Assembly (NCBI GenBank): GCA_964583975.1
Contig: CAZOXU010000001.1
Location: 227,552 to 291,551 of the forward strand
Origin: an uncultured Planctomycetales bacterium
Lineage (GTDB): Bacteria > Omnitrophota > Gorgyraeia > Zapsychrales > Fredricksoniimonadaceae
DNA: 64,000 bases
Direction of reading: 5' to 3'
Shown in pieces: positions 51,934 through 62,198 of the stretch; within the stretch, counting starts at the first letter, position 1, and each line of letters begins with the position of its first letter. Position numbers and translations under genes: made by a program. The notes under the pieces were generated by a model, which saw only the letters and a program-made list of their open reading frames with translations, made no database searches and was not told the DNA's origin.

Positions 51934-53199
51934 TTAATCCATCTTATACATGGTTAAGCCTGACAAGACCTTTGGATAAAAGTAGGTTGTCTTGGGAGGC
52001 ATACGTTCATCATTTAAAGCAATGGTCTTCAGCTGCTTAATCAAAACAGGGTTTAAAATGAACCCTGCATCAGCCTGACCTTCTTGAACAGCAGCGATAA
52101 CTTCGGAAGGATCTTTAGAATAAATAATGTCTTCTGATAGCACTCCTACCTGATCAAAAATAAAAGATTTTAAGATTGCGGCATCCAAACTTTTATAATC
52201 CTTAGAACCTTCTTGCACCATTTTATCGATCAAGGTCTTGCTCTTTAAACGAAGAAGGTACATCCCCTCTTTCTTGATCAAACCAAAAGAGTGTTCATTC
52301 TGTCCAGCTCGAGCCAAAAGAACCAGGAGATCTGTCTTAGTTTTGATTTTATCAATACGGAAATACTGTTCTAACAAATTGACATTAATAGCAAATTTCT
52401 TGACGATACGATGAATAGGGAATATTTGAAGATCCTTAGAATCTAAATTAGTGAAATAGGTCATCACATAATTAAATGGCTCTTTGCCTGTAGGATTCTT
52501 ATATCTTTTCAAATTATCACGACGAATTTGGTTAGCCACTTCAAAACGGTGGTGGCCATCACAAATAAACAAATTCTGACCTTCTAAAACATCAATAATA
52601 ATTTGAATTTTATCTGGATCGGCTAGGCGCCAAATCGAATGTTTAACCTTGTCTTGATCGGTAGCTTCTAAATAAGGCTTTTGGCTGGCTAATTCTTTAA
52701 AGAAAACCTTCTCAATGATATTCATTTTGTCACTATAACCGACAAAAATAGAACTCAGATCACTCTTCAAAGTAGTCCAAAGCAAATGCCGATCGGTTTT
52801 AGCAGCGGAATGAGTATGTTCATGAGGCAGAATCTTCACGCCTGAATCTTCATTGAGGTTTAAAAGAGCTAAAAATCCTGTACGAGTATATTTTTGACCT
52901 AAATAAGTGTAATCCTGCTTATAGAAATAGATGCAATAAGCTTCATCTTGTTTAAGAACTCCTTTAGCTAACCAATCATCATAGGTTTTCTTAGCGCGGG
53001 TATATTTGTTGTCTTTAGCTGTATCTTTAGGGGTTTCTTTTGCTAATTCGAGGCGTATAAAGTTAAAAGGATGCTGTTTGTAATAAGCTTCTTGTTGTTG
53101 TTTAGAAATGACATCATAGGGTGGGCAGATGACAGATGAGAGATTCTCCACCTTTTCTTTATTATAGAAAACCGCGTTAAATGGTTTAATTGCTGGCAT
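51934..53199 (-). CDS. DUF1015-family protein
   Basis: N-terminus MPAIKPFNAVFYN..VICPPYDVIS resembles DUF1015 proteins. Confidence 0.5.
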   Translation of the reverse strand: MPAIKPFNAVFYNKEKVENLSSVICPPYDVISKQQQEAYYKQHPFNFIRLELAKETPKDTAKDNKYTRAKKTYDDWLAKGVLKQDEAYCIYFYKQDYTYLGQKYTRTGFLALLNLNEDSGVKILPHEHTHSAAKTDRHLLWTTLKSDLSSIFVGYSDKMNIIEKVFFKELASQKPYLEATDQDKVKHSIWRLADPDKIQIIIDVLEGQNLFICDGHHRFEVANQIRRDNLKRYKNPTGKEPFNYVMTYFTNLDSKDLQIFPIHRIVKKFAINVNLLEQYFRIDKIKTKTDLLVLLARAGQNEHSFGLIKKEGMYLLRLKSKTLIDKMVQEGSKDYKSLDAAILKSFIFDQVGVLSEDIIYSKDPSEVIAAVQEGQADAGFILNPVLIKQLKTIALNDERMPPKTTYFYPKVLSGLTMYKMD

Positions 53200-53296
53200 T
53201 TTAGTTCCTTCTATAAGCTTAGGTTAATAATTTTGAAGTACAAATAATACCAGAATCAGCCTTAAAAGGGAAATTAAAATTTTGGGGAATTTAAGC

Positions 53297-53569
53297 TCAA
53301 TGGCAGGCACAACCGCCGCCACAACCGCCCGCGGGTTTAGCAGCCGGAGCAGGTTTGGATTCAGTCTTAGTATCTGTAGAAGTCTTTTTCTTGTAGTCTG
53401 TTTCGTAAAAGCCGCTGCCTTTAAAAATCATACCGGCACCACTTCCAATAAGGCGGGCTAACTTATTCTTGCCGCACTTAGGACATTTGGTGAGTTTCTT
53501 ATCCGTCATGGACTGTAATTCTTCAAATTCATGACCGCAAGCTTCGCATTCGTATTGGTATGTTGGCAT
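53297..53569 (-). CDS. FmdB-family zinc-ribbon protein
   Basis: YQYECEACGHEFE..CPKCG pair of CxxC motifs. 90 aa. Confidence 0.65.
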   Translation of the reverse strand: MPTYQYECEACGHEFEELQSMTDKKLTKCPKCGKNKLARLIGSGAGMIFKGSGFYETDYKKKTSTDTKTESKPAPAAKPAGGCGGGCACH

Positions 53570-53588
53570 AGCAGTATTTCCTTATAAA

Positions 53589-54710
53589 TTATTTAAAAGC
53601 TTTCTTAAATCGATCCTTCAGTGAGCCTTTAACCGAATCCCCTGATTCTTTAGCAAATTCTTCGAGTAATTCTTTCTGACGCGCATTCAAATGCGTTGGC
53701 ACTTCAATCATCACACGAACGTACAGATCGCCGTTTTCATGGCCATGAACTGATGGCATGCCGTGACCTTTTAATCTAAATCTTTTACCGCCTTGGGTAC
53801 CAGCCGGAACCTTCATTTCGACTGTTTCCTTTAGACTCTTGACTTGAACATCGCTACCTAACGCTGCTTTTACAAAACTTACAGGTAAATCCATGTAAAG
53901 ATCATTGTCATTACGCTGAAAGATCGCATGATCTTTCACTTTGATGAATAAGAATAAATCTCCGCTACCACCCTGGCCAACTTCTCCCTCACCTCGCATA
54001 CGAAGCTGGGAATCATTATCTACCCCGGCCGGGATGCTGACTTCAATATTTCTGACCACTCGTTTAAGACCATGGCCCGTACACTCTTGGCAGTATTCCG
54101 TAATTGATTTGCCACGTCCCTGACATTTTGGACAGGTCTGGGCCATACGAAAGAACCCTGAAGACATTACCACTTGACCTTGTCCCTGGCATTGCGAACA
54201 GGTCTTTAAGGCTGTACCGTTTTTAGCACCTGTACCATCACAAGCTTTACAATATTCATGCCGAGGCACCTTGATCTCTTTTTTGACACCACTATAAGCT
54301 TCTTCTAAGGTCAATTCAACCTCATATTGAATATCACGACCACGGGAACGACGCGAAGAGCGACCGCCACCTCCCTCAAAAGAGCCTCCAAACATCTGTC
54401 CTAAGATATCTCCCAGGCCTGCGCTCTCAAAAATGCTTGAGAAATCAGCGCCACGGAAAATATCTTCAGACGTATACGTTTGATCAATCCCCTGATGGCC
54501 GTATTGGTCATAGGTCTGGCGCTTTTGTGGATCAGAAAGAACACCATAAGCTTCCGAGATTTCTTTAAACTTCTCTTCAGCTGCTTTTTTATCTCCCTCA
54601 GCAACGCGGTCTGGATGATATTTCAAGGCTAAGGAACGATAAACCTTTTTGATATCAGCCAAGGTTGCTGATTTAGGAACGCCTAGGATCTCGTAGTAGT
54701 CTTTTTTCAT
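53589..54710 (-). CDS. dnaJ: Chaperone DnaJ
   Basis: J-domain with HPD ([13 protein letters not shown]), G-rich linker and four CxxCxGxG zinc-finger repeats. Confidence 0.9.
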   Translation of the reverse strand: MKKDYYEILGVPKSATLADIKKVYRSLALKYHPDRVAEGDKKAAEEKFKEISEAYGVLSDPQKRQTYDQYGHQGIDQTYTSEDIFRGADFSSIFESAGLGDILGQMFGGSFEGGGGRSSRRSRGRDIQYEVELTLEEAYSGVKKEIKVPRHEYCKACDGTGAKNGTALKTCSQCQGQGQVVMSSGFFRMAQTCPKCQGRGKSITEYCQECTGHGLKRVVRNIEVSIPAGVDNDSQLRMRGEGEVGQGGSGDLFLFIKVKDHAIFQRNDNDLYMDLPVSFVKAALGSDVQVKSLKETVEMKVPAGTQGGKRFRLKGHGMPSVHGHENGDLYVRVMIEVPTHLNARQKELLEEFAKESGDSVKGSLKDRFKKAFK

Positions 54711-54716
54711 ATTATT

Positions 54717-54744
54717 TGTACGGGCGAGGCAGTCTCGCCCCTAC
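54717..54744 (-). repeat. Copy (c) of the hairpin repeat: TGTACGGGCGAGGCAGTCTCGCCCCTAC, between the dnaK stop and the dnaJ start
   Basis: 7-nt flanks plus a GGGCGAG/CTCGCCC stem. 7 nt from the dnaK stop and 6 nt upstream of the dnaJ ATG region. Confidence 0.6.
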
Positions 54745-54751
54745 GATATCC

Positions 54752-56668
54752 TTATTTTTTATCTGTTGCCTTAAAATCAGCATCAATCACATCATCTTTA
54801 GGTTTTTCACCCGAGCCAGAGGATTCACCGCCAGCTTGTGGATCACCAGCATCATTAGGCTGTGGACCAGCACCAGGATTAGCCTGCGCTGAGGTAGCCT
54901 TATACATCTCTTCAGCTAATTTATGGCTGACCTTCTGTAAAGACTCCATGGATGATTTGATTTTATCTTGATCTTTAGCTGTGATTGCTTCTTTCAAAGC
55001 AGCCAATTCTTTTTCCACATTAGCTTTTTCGTCAGCTGAAACCTTATCGCCATATTCTTTCAAAGCTTTTTCTGTTGAATACATCAAGGTATTAGCTTGA
55101 TTGAGCAGTTCAGCTTCATCACGGCGTTTTTTATCTTCTTCGGCAAACTTTTCTGCTTCTTTGACCATTTTTTGGATCTCATCTTCGGATAATTTGGTCT
55201 TGGCAGTAATCTGGATTTTTTGTTCTTTACCAGTAGCTGTATCTTTTGCTGTAACGTGAACGATACCGTTAGCATCGATATCAAAGGTCACTTCAATCTT
55301 AGGAACTCCACGTGGAGCTGGAGGAATTCCCACCAGGTCAAATCGACCAAGCTCGGTATTATCATTAGCCATCTGACGTTCGCCTTGTAAAACACGAATG
55401 GTCACAGCAGGCTGATTATCTTCGGCTGTTGAAAATGGCATAGCTTTTTTAGTTGGAATTGTAGTGTTGCGTTCAATCATCTTGGTAAACACCCCACCCA
55501 TAGTTTCAATACCCAAGGACAATGGAGTAACATCTAACAACAATACTTCTTTCGCATCCCCGGTGATGATAGCTCCTTGGATCGAAGCACCTAAGGCCAC
55601 GCATTCCATTGGATCAATACCACCTTCGATCTTTTGTCCAACTTCCTTTTCAAGAAATTGCTGGACGATTGGCATACGGGTTGGTCCACCCACAAGCACA
55701 ATACGATCAATCTTCACCTCTTCGCCTAATTTTCCTGAGGCATCCTTGATGGCTTGACGTACAGGACCGCGGCAGCGTTCAACAATAGGCCCAATTAAAC
55801 TTTCTAGCTTGGCCCGGTCAATTTTCATATTCAAATGCTTAGGACCGCTAGCATCGGCTGTAATATAAGGTAGGTTCACCTCGGTTGAAACAGTGCTGGA
55901 TAACTCGACCTTGGCTTTTTCAGCAGCTTCACGCAAGCGTTGGAATGACATCTTGTCATTGCGTAAATCAATGCCGCTTTCTTTTTTAAATTCATTGATG
56001 ATGTAATCAATCAAGGCATTGTCCATATCTGTTCCGCCTAATTGATTGTCCCCGCTTGTGGCGAGAACTTCGAATGTGGCTGCCTTGGCTTCTGCATCCC
56101 AACCCATTTCGAGAATGGTCACATCAAGCGTTCCACCGCCAAGATCAAAAACCATGACCTTTTGTTCTTTTCCAACTTTATCCAAACCATAAGCCAAGCA
56201 TGCAGCGGTTGGTTCGTTGATAATACGTAAAACTTTAAGGCCTGCAATCTCACCAGCATCTTTGGTAGCCTGGCGTTGATTATCATTAAAATAGGCTGGA
56301 ACGGTAATCACAACACCGTCAACTGTTTCACCTAAGAATTTCTCGGCATCAGCCTTGATCTTTTGCAAAATAAAAGAACCGACTTGCTGAGGGGTATATT
56401 CTTTTCCGAATACTTTAAATTTGAAATCTGTACCCATTTTACGTTTAGAAGCGTAGACGGTACCTTCCGAATTGATCGGCGCCTGACGACGAGCTGGTTC
56501 GCCCACAAGCAATTGCCCTTCTTTGGTGAAGGCCACAAATGAAGGAAATGCTTTACCTGAAGCAACCCCTGCACCTTCAGCCGAAGGAATAATGACAGGT
56601 CTTCCACCTTCCATGACCGCGGCTGCGGAATTTGATGTTCCTAAATCAATACCAATAACACGTCCCAT
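54752..56668 (-). CDS. dnaK: Chaperone DnaK (Hsp70)
   Basis: [19 protein letters not shown] and the full Hsp70 architecture. 638 aa. Confidence 0.95.
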   Translation of the reverse strand: MGRVIGIDLGTSNSAAAVMEGGRPVIIPSAEGAGVASGKAFPSFVAFTKEGQLLVGEPARRQAPINSEGTVYASKRKMGTDFKFKVFGKEYTPQQVGSFILQKIKADAEKFLGETVDGVVITVPAYFNDNQRQATKDAGEIAGLKVLRIINEPTAACLAYGLDKVGKEQKVMVFDLGGGTLDVTILEMGWDAEAKAATFEVLATSGDNQLGGTDMDNALIDYIINEFKKESGIDLRNDKMSFQRLREAAEKAKVELSSTVSTEVNLPYITADASGPKHLNMKIDRAKLESLIGPIVERCRGPVRQAIKDASGKLGEEVKIDRIVLVGGPTRMPIVQQFLEKEVGQKIEGGIDPMECVALGASIQGAIITGDAKEVLLLDVTPLSLGIETMGGVFTKMIERNTTIPTKKAMPFSTAEDNQPAVTIRVLQGERQMANDNTELGRFDLVGIPPAPRGVPKIEVTFDIDANGIVHVTAKDTATGKEQKIQITAKTKLSEDEIQKMVKEAEKFAEEDKKRRDEAELLNQANTLMYSTEKALKEYGDKVSADEKANVEKELAALKEAITAKDQDKIKSSMESLQKVSHKLAEEMYKATSAQANPGAGPQPNDAGDPQAGGESSGSGEKPKDDVIDADFKATDKK

Positions 56669-56700
56669 ATGATTTCCTCCTTGATTAATATATCTTTGCC

Positions 56701-56728
56701 TGTACGGACGAGGTAACCTCGCCCCTAC
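56701..56728 (-). repeat. Copy (d) of the hairpin repeat: TGTACGGACGAGGTAACCTCGCCCCTAC, between the grpE stop and the dnaK ribosome-binding site
   Basis: Its 3' CTA is the TAG stop of grpE. It is followed by the GGAGGA Shine-Dalgarno of dnaK. Confidence 0.6.
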
Positions 56729-57264
56729 TTATTGTTTTTTGCGACTTTAACCTTAGCGGTTCGTACCACTCTCCCACCAAGGGTGTATCCTTTTTCAAAT
56801 TCTTCCATCACAATGCCATCGCCAAATTCTGTTGTGTCTTGCTGCATCAAAACCTCTTGGGTATTGGGATCAAAAGCTTTGCCGATCGACTCAAGAGGTT
56901 TTACATCATACTTGGTCATCAATTCCTTCATCGTATTGAACACCATCTCAAGACCTTTAACCAAGTTAGCATCAGTTCCTTCTTTGGCTTTAAAGGCGTT
57001 TAAAGAGCGTTCAAGATTATCATAAAGCTTCAAACATTCAATGATGACTTCTTCATGCGCATATTTAATCAATTCCTGACGGTCACGTTCATGACGTTTG
57101 CGCATATTGTCAAACTCAGCTAACAGACGTACATACTTGTCTTTTTCAACGGCTACTTGATTAGCCAAAACTTCTAGTGCGTCAGCTTTAGTGGCCTCGA
57201 CTGTTGGCTGATTCTGTTCTTGTGACAAAGCTTCTTCTGTAGGTTGTTGAACGTTTTCGTCCAT
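56725..57264 (-). CDS. grpE: Nucleotide exchange factor GrpE
   Basis: [19 protein letters not shown] and the C-terminal beta domain. Confidence 0.85.
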   Translation of the reverse strand: MDENVQQPTEEALSQEQNQPTVEATKADALEVLANQVAVEKDKYVRLLAEFDNMRKRHERDRQELIKYAHEEVIIECLKLYDNLERSLNAFKAKEGTDANLVKGLEMVFNTMKELMTKYDVKPLESIGKAFDPNTQEVLMQQDTTEFGDGIVMEEFEKGYTLGGRVVRTAKVKVAKNNK

Positions 57265-57281
57265 ACCCGTATTAAACCTCT

Positions 57282-58016
57282 TTACTTTTTATGGCTGAGC
57301 AAATCAGACATGTATTCGAGGGCGCAAACCACTCGGTCATAATTCATACGAGTGGGTCCCAAAACCGCGATGCGACCCGTTAACCCATCTTTTTCAAAAC
57401 TAGAGACTGCAAGCGAACACCCTTCAATCTCTTTAAGAGCCATTTCATGGCCAATATAAATATCAATTTTATGTTGCAAATCACGGTTGATTAACGCCAA
57501 GATGCGTTCTTTTTCTTCGAGTACTCTCAATATAGCCTGAATTTTTACAATGTCTGTGTGCTCATGGTAGCCAACTACATTACTCGTACCTTTTAATATA
57601 ATTTTGCTGCCCCAACCATCTACTGAAATGATGGTGGTATAGCTGGTGATATCGGAAATCATGGAAGAAGCTTTTTCCATCAAATTATCAAGCTGGTTTA
57701 TATACTGTTTGCACTCGCTTTGAATTCGCTTCTTTTCAGCCTCTAAAAGCTCAATTTCATTCATCAGGTGGTCTACATAATAACGATAACCACGCTGGGT
57801 TGGAATGCGACCGGCAGATGTATGTGGATGTGTCAAATATCCTTGCTCTTCTAATTCAGCTAAAATATTACGAACCGTTGCTGGAGAAACATCAAGCTTG
57901 AATTCTTCGGTAATGGCATGAGAACCTACCGGAGTAATGGTCTTGATGTATTGACCAACCACAATGGCTAAAATTCTATCTTTACGTTGTTTGATATCTA
58001 AATGTTTAGCTGCCAT
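57282..58016 (-). CDS. hrcA: Heat-inducible transcription repressor HrcA. The track ORF extends to 58055; the likely start is MAAKHLD at 58016.
   Basis: N-terminal winged-helix region ILAIVVGQYIKTITPVGSHAI and C-terminal GPTRMNY motif. Confidence 0.8.
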   Translation of the reverse strand: MAAKHLDIKQRKDRILAIVVGQYIKTITPVGSHAITEEFKLDVSPATVRNILAELEEQGYLTHPHTSAGRIPTQRGYRYYVDHLMNEIELLEAEKKRIQSECKQYINQLDNLMEKASSMISDITSYTTIISVDGWGSKIILKGTSNVVGYHEHTDIVKIQAILRVLEEKERILALINRDLQHKIDIYIGHEMALKEIEGCSLAVSSFEKDGLTGRIAVLGPTRMNYDRVVCALEYMSDLLSHKK

Positions 58017-58018
58017 AT

Positions 58019-58073
58019 TTAGCACTCTCGATCTTTGACTGCCAGAGTATAACACTCTCTAAGCCCTTGTCAA
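58019..58073 (-). promoter_or_regulatory. Putative hrcA promoter (minus strand TTGACA-N16-TATACT) followed by a degenerate CIRCE-like element (CTGGCAGTC-N9-GAGTGCTAA) abutting the hrcA ATG
   Basis: TTGACA (plus tgtcaa at 58068-58073). TATACT (plus agtata at 58046-58051). The right half-site GAGTGCTAA is perfect and the left half is 6/9. Confidence 0.35.
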
Positions 58074-58583
58074 GTAGTCTATAATTGCCTGGCAAAATAA
58101 AGGCAAATCATCAGGCTTACGTGAGGTGATGTGGTTTTTATAAACAACTACAGCCTCATCTACCCAAGTGGCACCGGCATTAGTTAAATCATCTTTAATC
58201 CCAGGAGTAGATGTACATTTAATACCTCTCATGACTCCTGCTGAAATTGGAATCCAACCAGCATGACAAATATGGGCTACCAATTTACCTTTATCATGAA
58301 AAGCCTTGGTTAAATCCTTGACCTTGGGATCACGCCGTAATTGATCTGGCGCAAAACCCCCTGGAATAACAAGAGCTACAAAATCTTCTTCTTTAACATC
58401 GGCAATGGCTACATCCGACTTACAAGGATAACCATGTTTACCCTTATATATCTGTCCTGCCTTGGGACCTGCTACCACCACTTGGGCCCCTGCTTCGATC
58501 AAACGATATTTAGGGTACATGAGCTCCATGTCTTCATAAATATCATCGACAAACATCAAAATCTTTCGGCCTTTTAATTGCAT
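58059..58583 (-). CDS. DJ-1/PfpI-family protein (class I glutamine amidotransferase-like)
   Basis: ICHAGW nucleophile-elbow Cys motif. 174 aa. Confidence 0.75.
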   Translation of the reverse strand: MQLKGRKILMFVDDIYEDMELMYPKYRLIEAGAQVVVAGPKAGQIYKGKHGYPCKSDVAIADVKEEDFVALVIPGGFAPDQLRRDPKVKDLTKAFHDKGKLVAHICHAGWIPISAGVMRGIKCTSTPGIKDDLTNAGATWVDEAVVVYKNHITSRKPDDLPLFCQAIIDYLTRA

Positions 58584-58596
58584 GATTCCTCCAAAT

Positions 58597-58624
58597 TGTA
58601 CGGGCGGGGTTACCCCGCCCCTAC
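58597..58624 (-). repeat. Copy (e) of the hairpin repeat: TGTACGGGCGGGGTTACCCCGCCCCTAC, between the exported-Hsp20 stop and the DJ-1 ribosome-binding site
   Basis: GGGCGGGG/CCCCGCCC stem with compensatory changes relative to copies c and d. Followed by a GGAGGA Shine-Dalgarno. Confidence 0.6.
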
Positions 58625-58625
58625 A

Positions 58626-59273
58626 TTATTTGACTATAATCTTCTGCCCCTGCGAAGGTTTTTTAACATCTTTATCTCTTGGAACTTTAACCGTAAGCAC
58701 GCCGTTACTATACTCAGCCTCAATGTTGTCTGCCTTAGCATCTTTAGGTAAAGGCATTGTTCTTAAGAAATGTCCAAAGGATCTTTCTTGACGGAAAAAC
58801 TGATTAGGTTTCTGTTCCTTGACTTCACTAGTGCGTTCACCCGAAACAACTAAAACACCTGATTTGACCTCCACATTGATTTTATCTTTTTGCATCCCAG
58901 GAATATCCATGCTGACAATATAATGATCAAGAGTCTGTTTAATATCTTGCTGAGGATTAAAATCTACCATGTTATCGCGCATCATCTGATTCATCTGATG
59001 TTGCATCATACGCATTTGAATAAAAGGATCCCACTCATCGTCCATCGATGTCGTTCCTAAGGTCACTTGCTGCGAAGCAGGGGGCAATTTGACCGTAGAA
59101 ACAGACTGATTTGCCAATTGCTTTTCTAACTGATCAACCTTCTCTTGAAGTCTTTTGACCTGATTCTTTAAATCCTGGGTCTCATCAGCTCTTGCCTGGG
59201 TGTTAAATAAAAAAACAGTCCCGACTGTTAAAATAGAAGCTAAAATAATTTTTGTTAATTTTGATTTGTTCAT
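58626..59273 (-). CDS. Exported Hsp20/alpha-crystallin-domain protein (signal peptide + coiled coil + ACD)
   Basis: Signal peptide MNKSKLTKIILASILTVGTVFLFNTQARA, heptad-like segment LKNQVKRLQEKVDQLEKQL, then an Hsp20 ACD (DHYIVSMDIPG..VEVKSGVLVVSGER..AEYSNGVLTVKVP). Confidence 0.65.
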   Translation of the reverse strand: MNKSKLTKIILASILTVGTVFLFNTQARADETQDLKNQVKRLQEKVDQLEKQLANQSVSTVKLPPASQQVTLGTTSMDDEWDPFIQMRMMQHQMNQMMRDNMVDFNPQQDIKQTLDHYIVSMDIPGMQKDKINVEVKSGVLVVSGERTSEVKEQKPNQFFRQERSFGHFLRTMPLPKDAKADNIEAEYSNGVLTVKVPRDKDVKKPSQGQKIIVK

Positions 59274-59315
59274 AATTATCCTCCTCTCAATATGAACATA
59301 TTATTAAAAATTATT

Positions 59316-61439
59316 TTATTTAACCTCAATTGCCAAATCCTCCCCTTGAGCGTCAATATCAATGGTCTGCCCTTCTTTAACTTCATTTTGCAATAAACGA
59401 AGCGCAATGGGATCCTGCACCAGGGTCTGGATAGTTCTTTTTAAAGGCCTGGCTCCATATACAGGATCATAACCTAATTTAGCTAAAAGCTCCTGGGCCT
59501 TCTCCGATACTTTCAAAGATATCTTACGTTGCGCTAATCTTTCCGTCAAAATATCGAGCTGAAGACCAACGATTCGCTTAATCTGTTCTTCTTTAAGTCT
59601 GGCAAAAACCACAATCTCATCTACACGATTTAGAAATTCTGGACGAAAAGCTCCACGCAAGGCTTGTTGAATGTGAGCTTCAATCTTTTTTTGGTCAGTC
59701 ATCTCGTTGATCTCAGCCGTACCAATATTTGAAGTCATAATAACAATGGTGTTTTTAAAATTCACCATACGCCCTTGAGAATCGGTCAATCGTCCATCAT
59801 CGAGCAGCTGCAAAAGCATGTTAAACACATCAGGGTGGGCTTTCTCAATCTCATCGAAAAGCACAACCGCAAACGGACGGCGACGAACAGCCTCGGTCAA
59901 CTGGCCACCTTCATCATAGCCTACGTATCCTGGAGGCGCACCAACCAAACGCGAAGTGCTATGTTTCTCCATATACTCGCTCATGTCGATACGAATCACT
60001 GAATTATCATCATCAAATAAGAATCCTGCCAAAGCTTTAGCAAGCTCGGTCTTTCCAACCCCGGTTGGACCCACGAATATAAACGAACCTAATGGTTTAT
60101 TAGGGTCGCTTAATCCCGTACGTGAGCGGCGAATACAAGAAGCAATCGCATCAATGGCCTTATCTTGTCCTACCACTCTTTTCTTTAGAGCATCTTCCAT
60201 GTGCACAAGTTTCTCAGTCTCTCCTTGAAGAAGTTTAGACAGGGGAATCTTAGTCCACTTGGAAATGATGGCGGCAATATCTTGATCATCGACTTCTTCC
60301 TTGAGCATGGCTCCATCTTTTTGCTCTTTGGCTAATTCTTTATTTCTGGTCTCCAATTGCTTTTGAAGATCAACTAAAACACCATAGCGGATCTGAGCCA
60401 CCTTATTTAAATCGCCTGATTTCTCGGCCTTGGTTTCTTCAATCTTGGTTGAATCAATCTCAGATTTTATCTTACGGATTTTATCAATAATAACCTTCTC
60501 AGCCTGCCACTTGGTGCGCATCTTTTTGTTCGCTTCTTTTAAAGCAGTTAATTCACCTTCGATCTTGTGGCTTCGCTCTTTAGAAGCTTCGTCAGATTCT
60601 TTTTTCAAAGCCTGACGTTCGATTTCCAAGCGACGGATTTCCCGCTCATTTTGGTCTAACTCCAAAGGCATGCTATCAATTTCAATACGAAGCTTGGAAG
60701 CTGCTTCATCAATCAAATCAATGGCCTTATCTGGCAAGAACCGTTCGGTGATATAGCGCTGGCTCATGGTTGCAGCAGCGATAATCGCTGAATCTTGAAT
60801 TCTCACCCCATGGTGAATTTCATATTTCTCTTTTAGACCGCGCAGGATTGCAATTGTATCATCTACAGTTGGTTCATTGACCATCACAGGCTGGAAGCGG
60901 CGCTCCAGCGCAGCATCTTTCTCAATATACTGACGATACTCATCTAATGTGGTTGCACCTACGCAACGCAACATGCCACGGCTTAAAGCAGGCTTAAGTA
61001 AATTGGCTGCATCCGCACTGCCTTCAGCCCGTCCTGCTCCCACAATGGTATGTAACTCATCAATGAATAAAATAATGGATCCATCACTTGCTTCTACCTC
61101 CTTTAATACTGCTTTTAAACGTTCCTCAAACTCACCACGAAATTTAGCTCCAGCCACCAATGCTCCCATATCGAGCACAATCACTCGTTTATGCTTCAGA
61201 CCTTCAGGAACGTCTCCTTGAAAAATTCTTTGGGCCAAACCTTCAACAATGGCTGTCTTACCTACACCAGGTTCGCCAATTAAAACGGGATTATTTTTTG
61301 TCCGACGTGACAGCACTTGAATGACACGGCGAATTTCCTCATCACGTCCGATCACAGGATCTAGTTTCCCTTTACTGGCGAGGTCTGTTAGATCTTTACC
61401 GTAAGCTTCTAATGGTTTAGGTTGTTGTTGAAGTTCCAT
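59316..61439 (-). CDS. clpB: ClpB disaggregase lacking the N-terminal domain (707 aa; begins at the NBD1-preceding region)
   Basis: Starts ..[39 protein letters not shown], which is around residue 160 of full-length ClpB. Two AAA+ modules and the M-domain coiled coil are present. Confidence 0.9.
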   Translation of the reverse strand: MELQQQPKPLEAYGKDLTDLASKGKLDPVIGRDEEIRRVIQVLSRRTKNNPVLIGEPGVGKTAIVEGLAQRIFQGDVPEGLKHKRVIVLDMGALVAGAKFRGEFEERLKAVLKEVEASDGSIILFIDELHTIVGAGRAEGSADAANLLKPALSRGMLRCVGATTLDEYRQYIEKDAALERRFQPVMVNEPTVDDTIAILRGLKEKYEIHHGVRIQDSAIIAAATMSQRYITERFLPDKAIDLIDEAASKLRIEIDSMPLELDQNEREIRRLEIERQALKKESDEASKERSHKIEGELTALKEANKKMRTKWQAEKVIIDKIRKIKSEIDSTKIEETKAEKSGDLNKVAQIRYGVLVDLQKQLETRNKELAKEQKDGAMLKEEVDDQDIAAIISKWTKIPLSKLLQGETEKLVHMEDALKKRVVGQDKAIDAIASCIRRSRTGLSDPNKPLGSFIFVGPTGVGKTELAKALAGFLFDDDNSVIRIDMSEYMEKHSTSRLVGAPPGYVGYDEGGQLTEAVRRRPFAVVLFDEIEKAHPDVFNMLLQLLDDGRLTDSQGRMVNFKNTIVIMTSNIGTAEINEMTDQKKIEAHIQQALRGAFRPEFLNRVDEIVVFARLKEEQIKRIVGLQLDILTERLAQRKISLKVSEKAQELLAKLGYDPVYGARPLKRTIQTLVQDPIALRLLQNEVKEGQTIDIDAQGEDLAIEVK

Positions 61440-61460
61440 GGTTATCCTTTTTCTTCCTGT

Positions 61461-61534
61461 GTCATCCTGAGGCGTAGCCGAAGGATCTAATATTGAATAT
61501 TAGATTCTTCGTCGCTATCGCTCCTCAGAATGAC
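61461..61534 (-). promoter_or_regulatory. 74-nt imperfect palindrome (long hairpin) between the hsp20 stop and the clpB ribosome-binding site
   Basis: Outer arms GTCATCCTGAGG / CCTCAGAATGAC and inner arms GAAGGATCTAATATT / AATATTAGATTCTTC. No T-run follows. Confidence 0.5.
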
Positions 61535-61543
61535 ATAAAATAA

Positions 61544-61957
61544 TTAGTCTACTTTAATTTCAATGCTCTTTGGTTTTGTTTCTGGCTTCTTAGGAATCAA
61601 TATTCCCAACACTCCATCCTTATAATTGGCTTGAATATTGTTTGAATCGATCCCCGTTCCTAAATTAAAAGAACGAACAAAACGCCCATAACTTCTTTCA
61701 ACTCTATGGTAATTCTTATCATTTTTCTCGGTTTCATCCTTGCGTTCACCTTCAATGGTCAACACGCCATTTTCAAACGCCAGATGAACATCTTCTTTCT
61801 TAATCCCAGGAAGATCTGCTTTAATGGTGTAGCTATCTTTCTCTTCTGACACATCAATGGCTGGAAAATATCTATCCATCGATGATAAGAAAGGTGAAAA
61901 GAAATCATCTTCATTATAAGCATTCACTGGTTTTTTACAAAATTGAACTAATGACAT
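61544..61957 (-). CDS. Small heat shock protein (Hsp20/alpha-crystallin family)
   Basis: DSYTIKADLPGIKKEDVHLAFENGVLTIEGER ACD signature. 137 aa. Confidence 0.85.
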   Translation of the reverse strand: MSLVQFCKKPVNAYNEDDFFSPFLSSMDRYFPAIDVSEEKDSYTIKADLPGIKKEDVHLAFENGVLTIEGERKDETEKNDKNYHRVERSYGRFVRSFNLGTGIDSNNIQANYKDGVLGILIPKKPETKPKSIEIKVD

Positions 61958-62079
61958 ACTGACCTCCTTTTTTATCCCTTTTGGGAATTGGGTTTAACAA
62001 AATATTATCACTCAACACATCTGACTGCTAATTATAAAGTCTAAAAAAAGAGGATTTCTCCTCACACCGTCTGCAGCTA

Positions 62080-62106
62080 TTAGCACTCTTTACTTCTGAG
62101 TGATAA
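62080..62106 (-). promoter_or_regulatory. CIRCE operator (HrcA binding site) TTAGCACTC-N9-GAGTGATAA upstream of the hsp20-clpB operon. A TTGACA -35 box lies at 62127-62132.
   Basis: 8/9 + 9/9 match to the CIRCE consensus TTAGCACTC-N9-GAGTGCTAA. ~125 nt upstream of the hsp20 ATG. An hrcA gene is present in the window. Confidence 0.7.
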
Positions 62107-62198
62107 TTTACCATAGATTTAAGATTTGTCAAGGGGGTATTTTTTAGGATTAATAAATTGTGGTTTTCTAAGGTTGATGTTATTCTTTTTTTTAAACA

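Noticed and set aside
56669-56724. Canonical CIRCE upstream of dnaK
   Set aside because: The gap contains only a GGAGGA Shine-Dalgarno and hairpin-repeat copy (d). No TTAGCACTC/GAGTGCTAA pair is present. The only good CIRCE is at 62080-62106.
58019-58045. Full CIRCE at the hrcA start
   Set aside because: Only the right half-site (GAGTGCTAA) is perfect. The left half is 6/9, and the nearby CACTCTC copies are direct repeats, not inverted. It is kept only as a low-confidence degenerate site.
59316-61957. ClpB N-domain lost through a frameshift or pseudogene
   Set aside because: The upstream region is occupied by the palindrome and the hsp20 gene, with no residual Clp_N-like coding sequence. 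A naturally N-less ClpB is more plausible.
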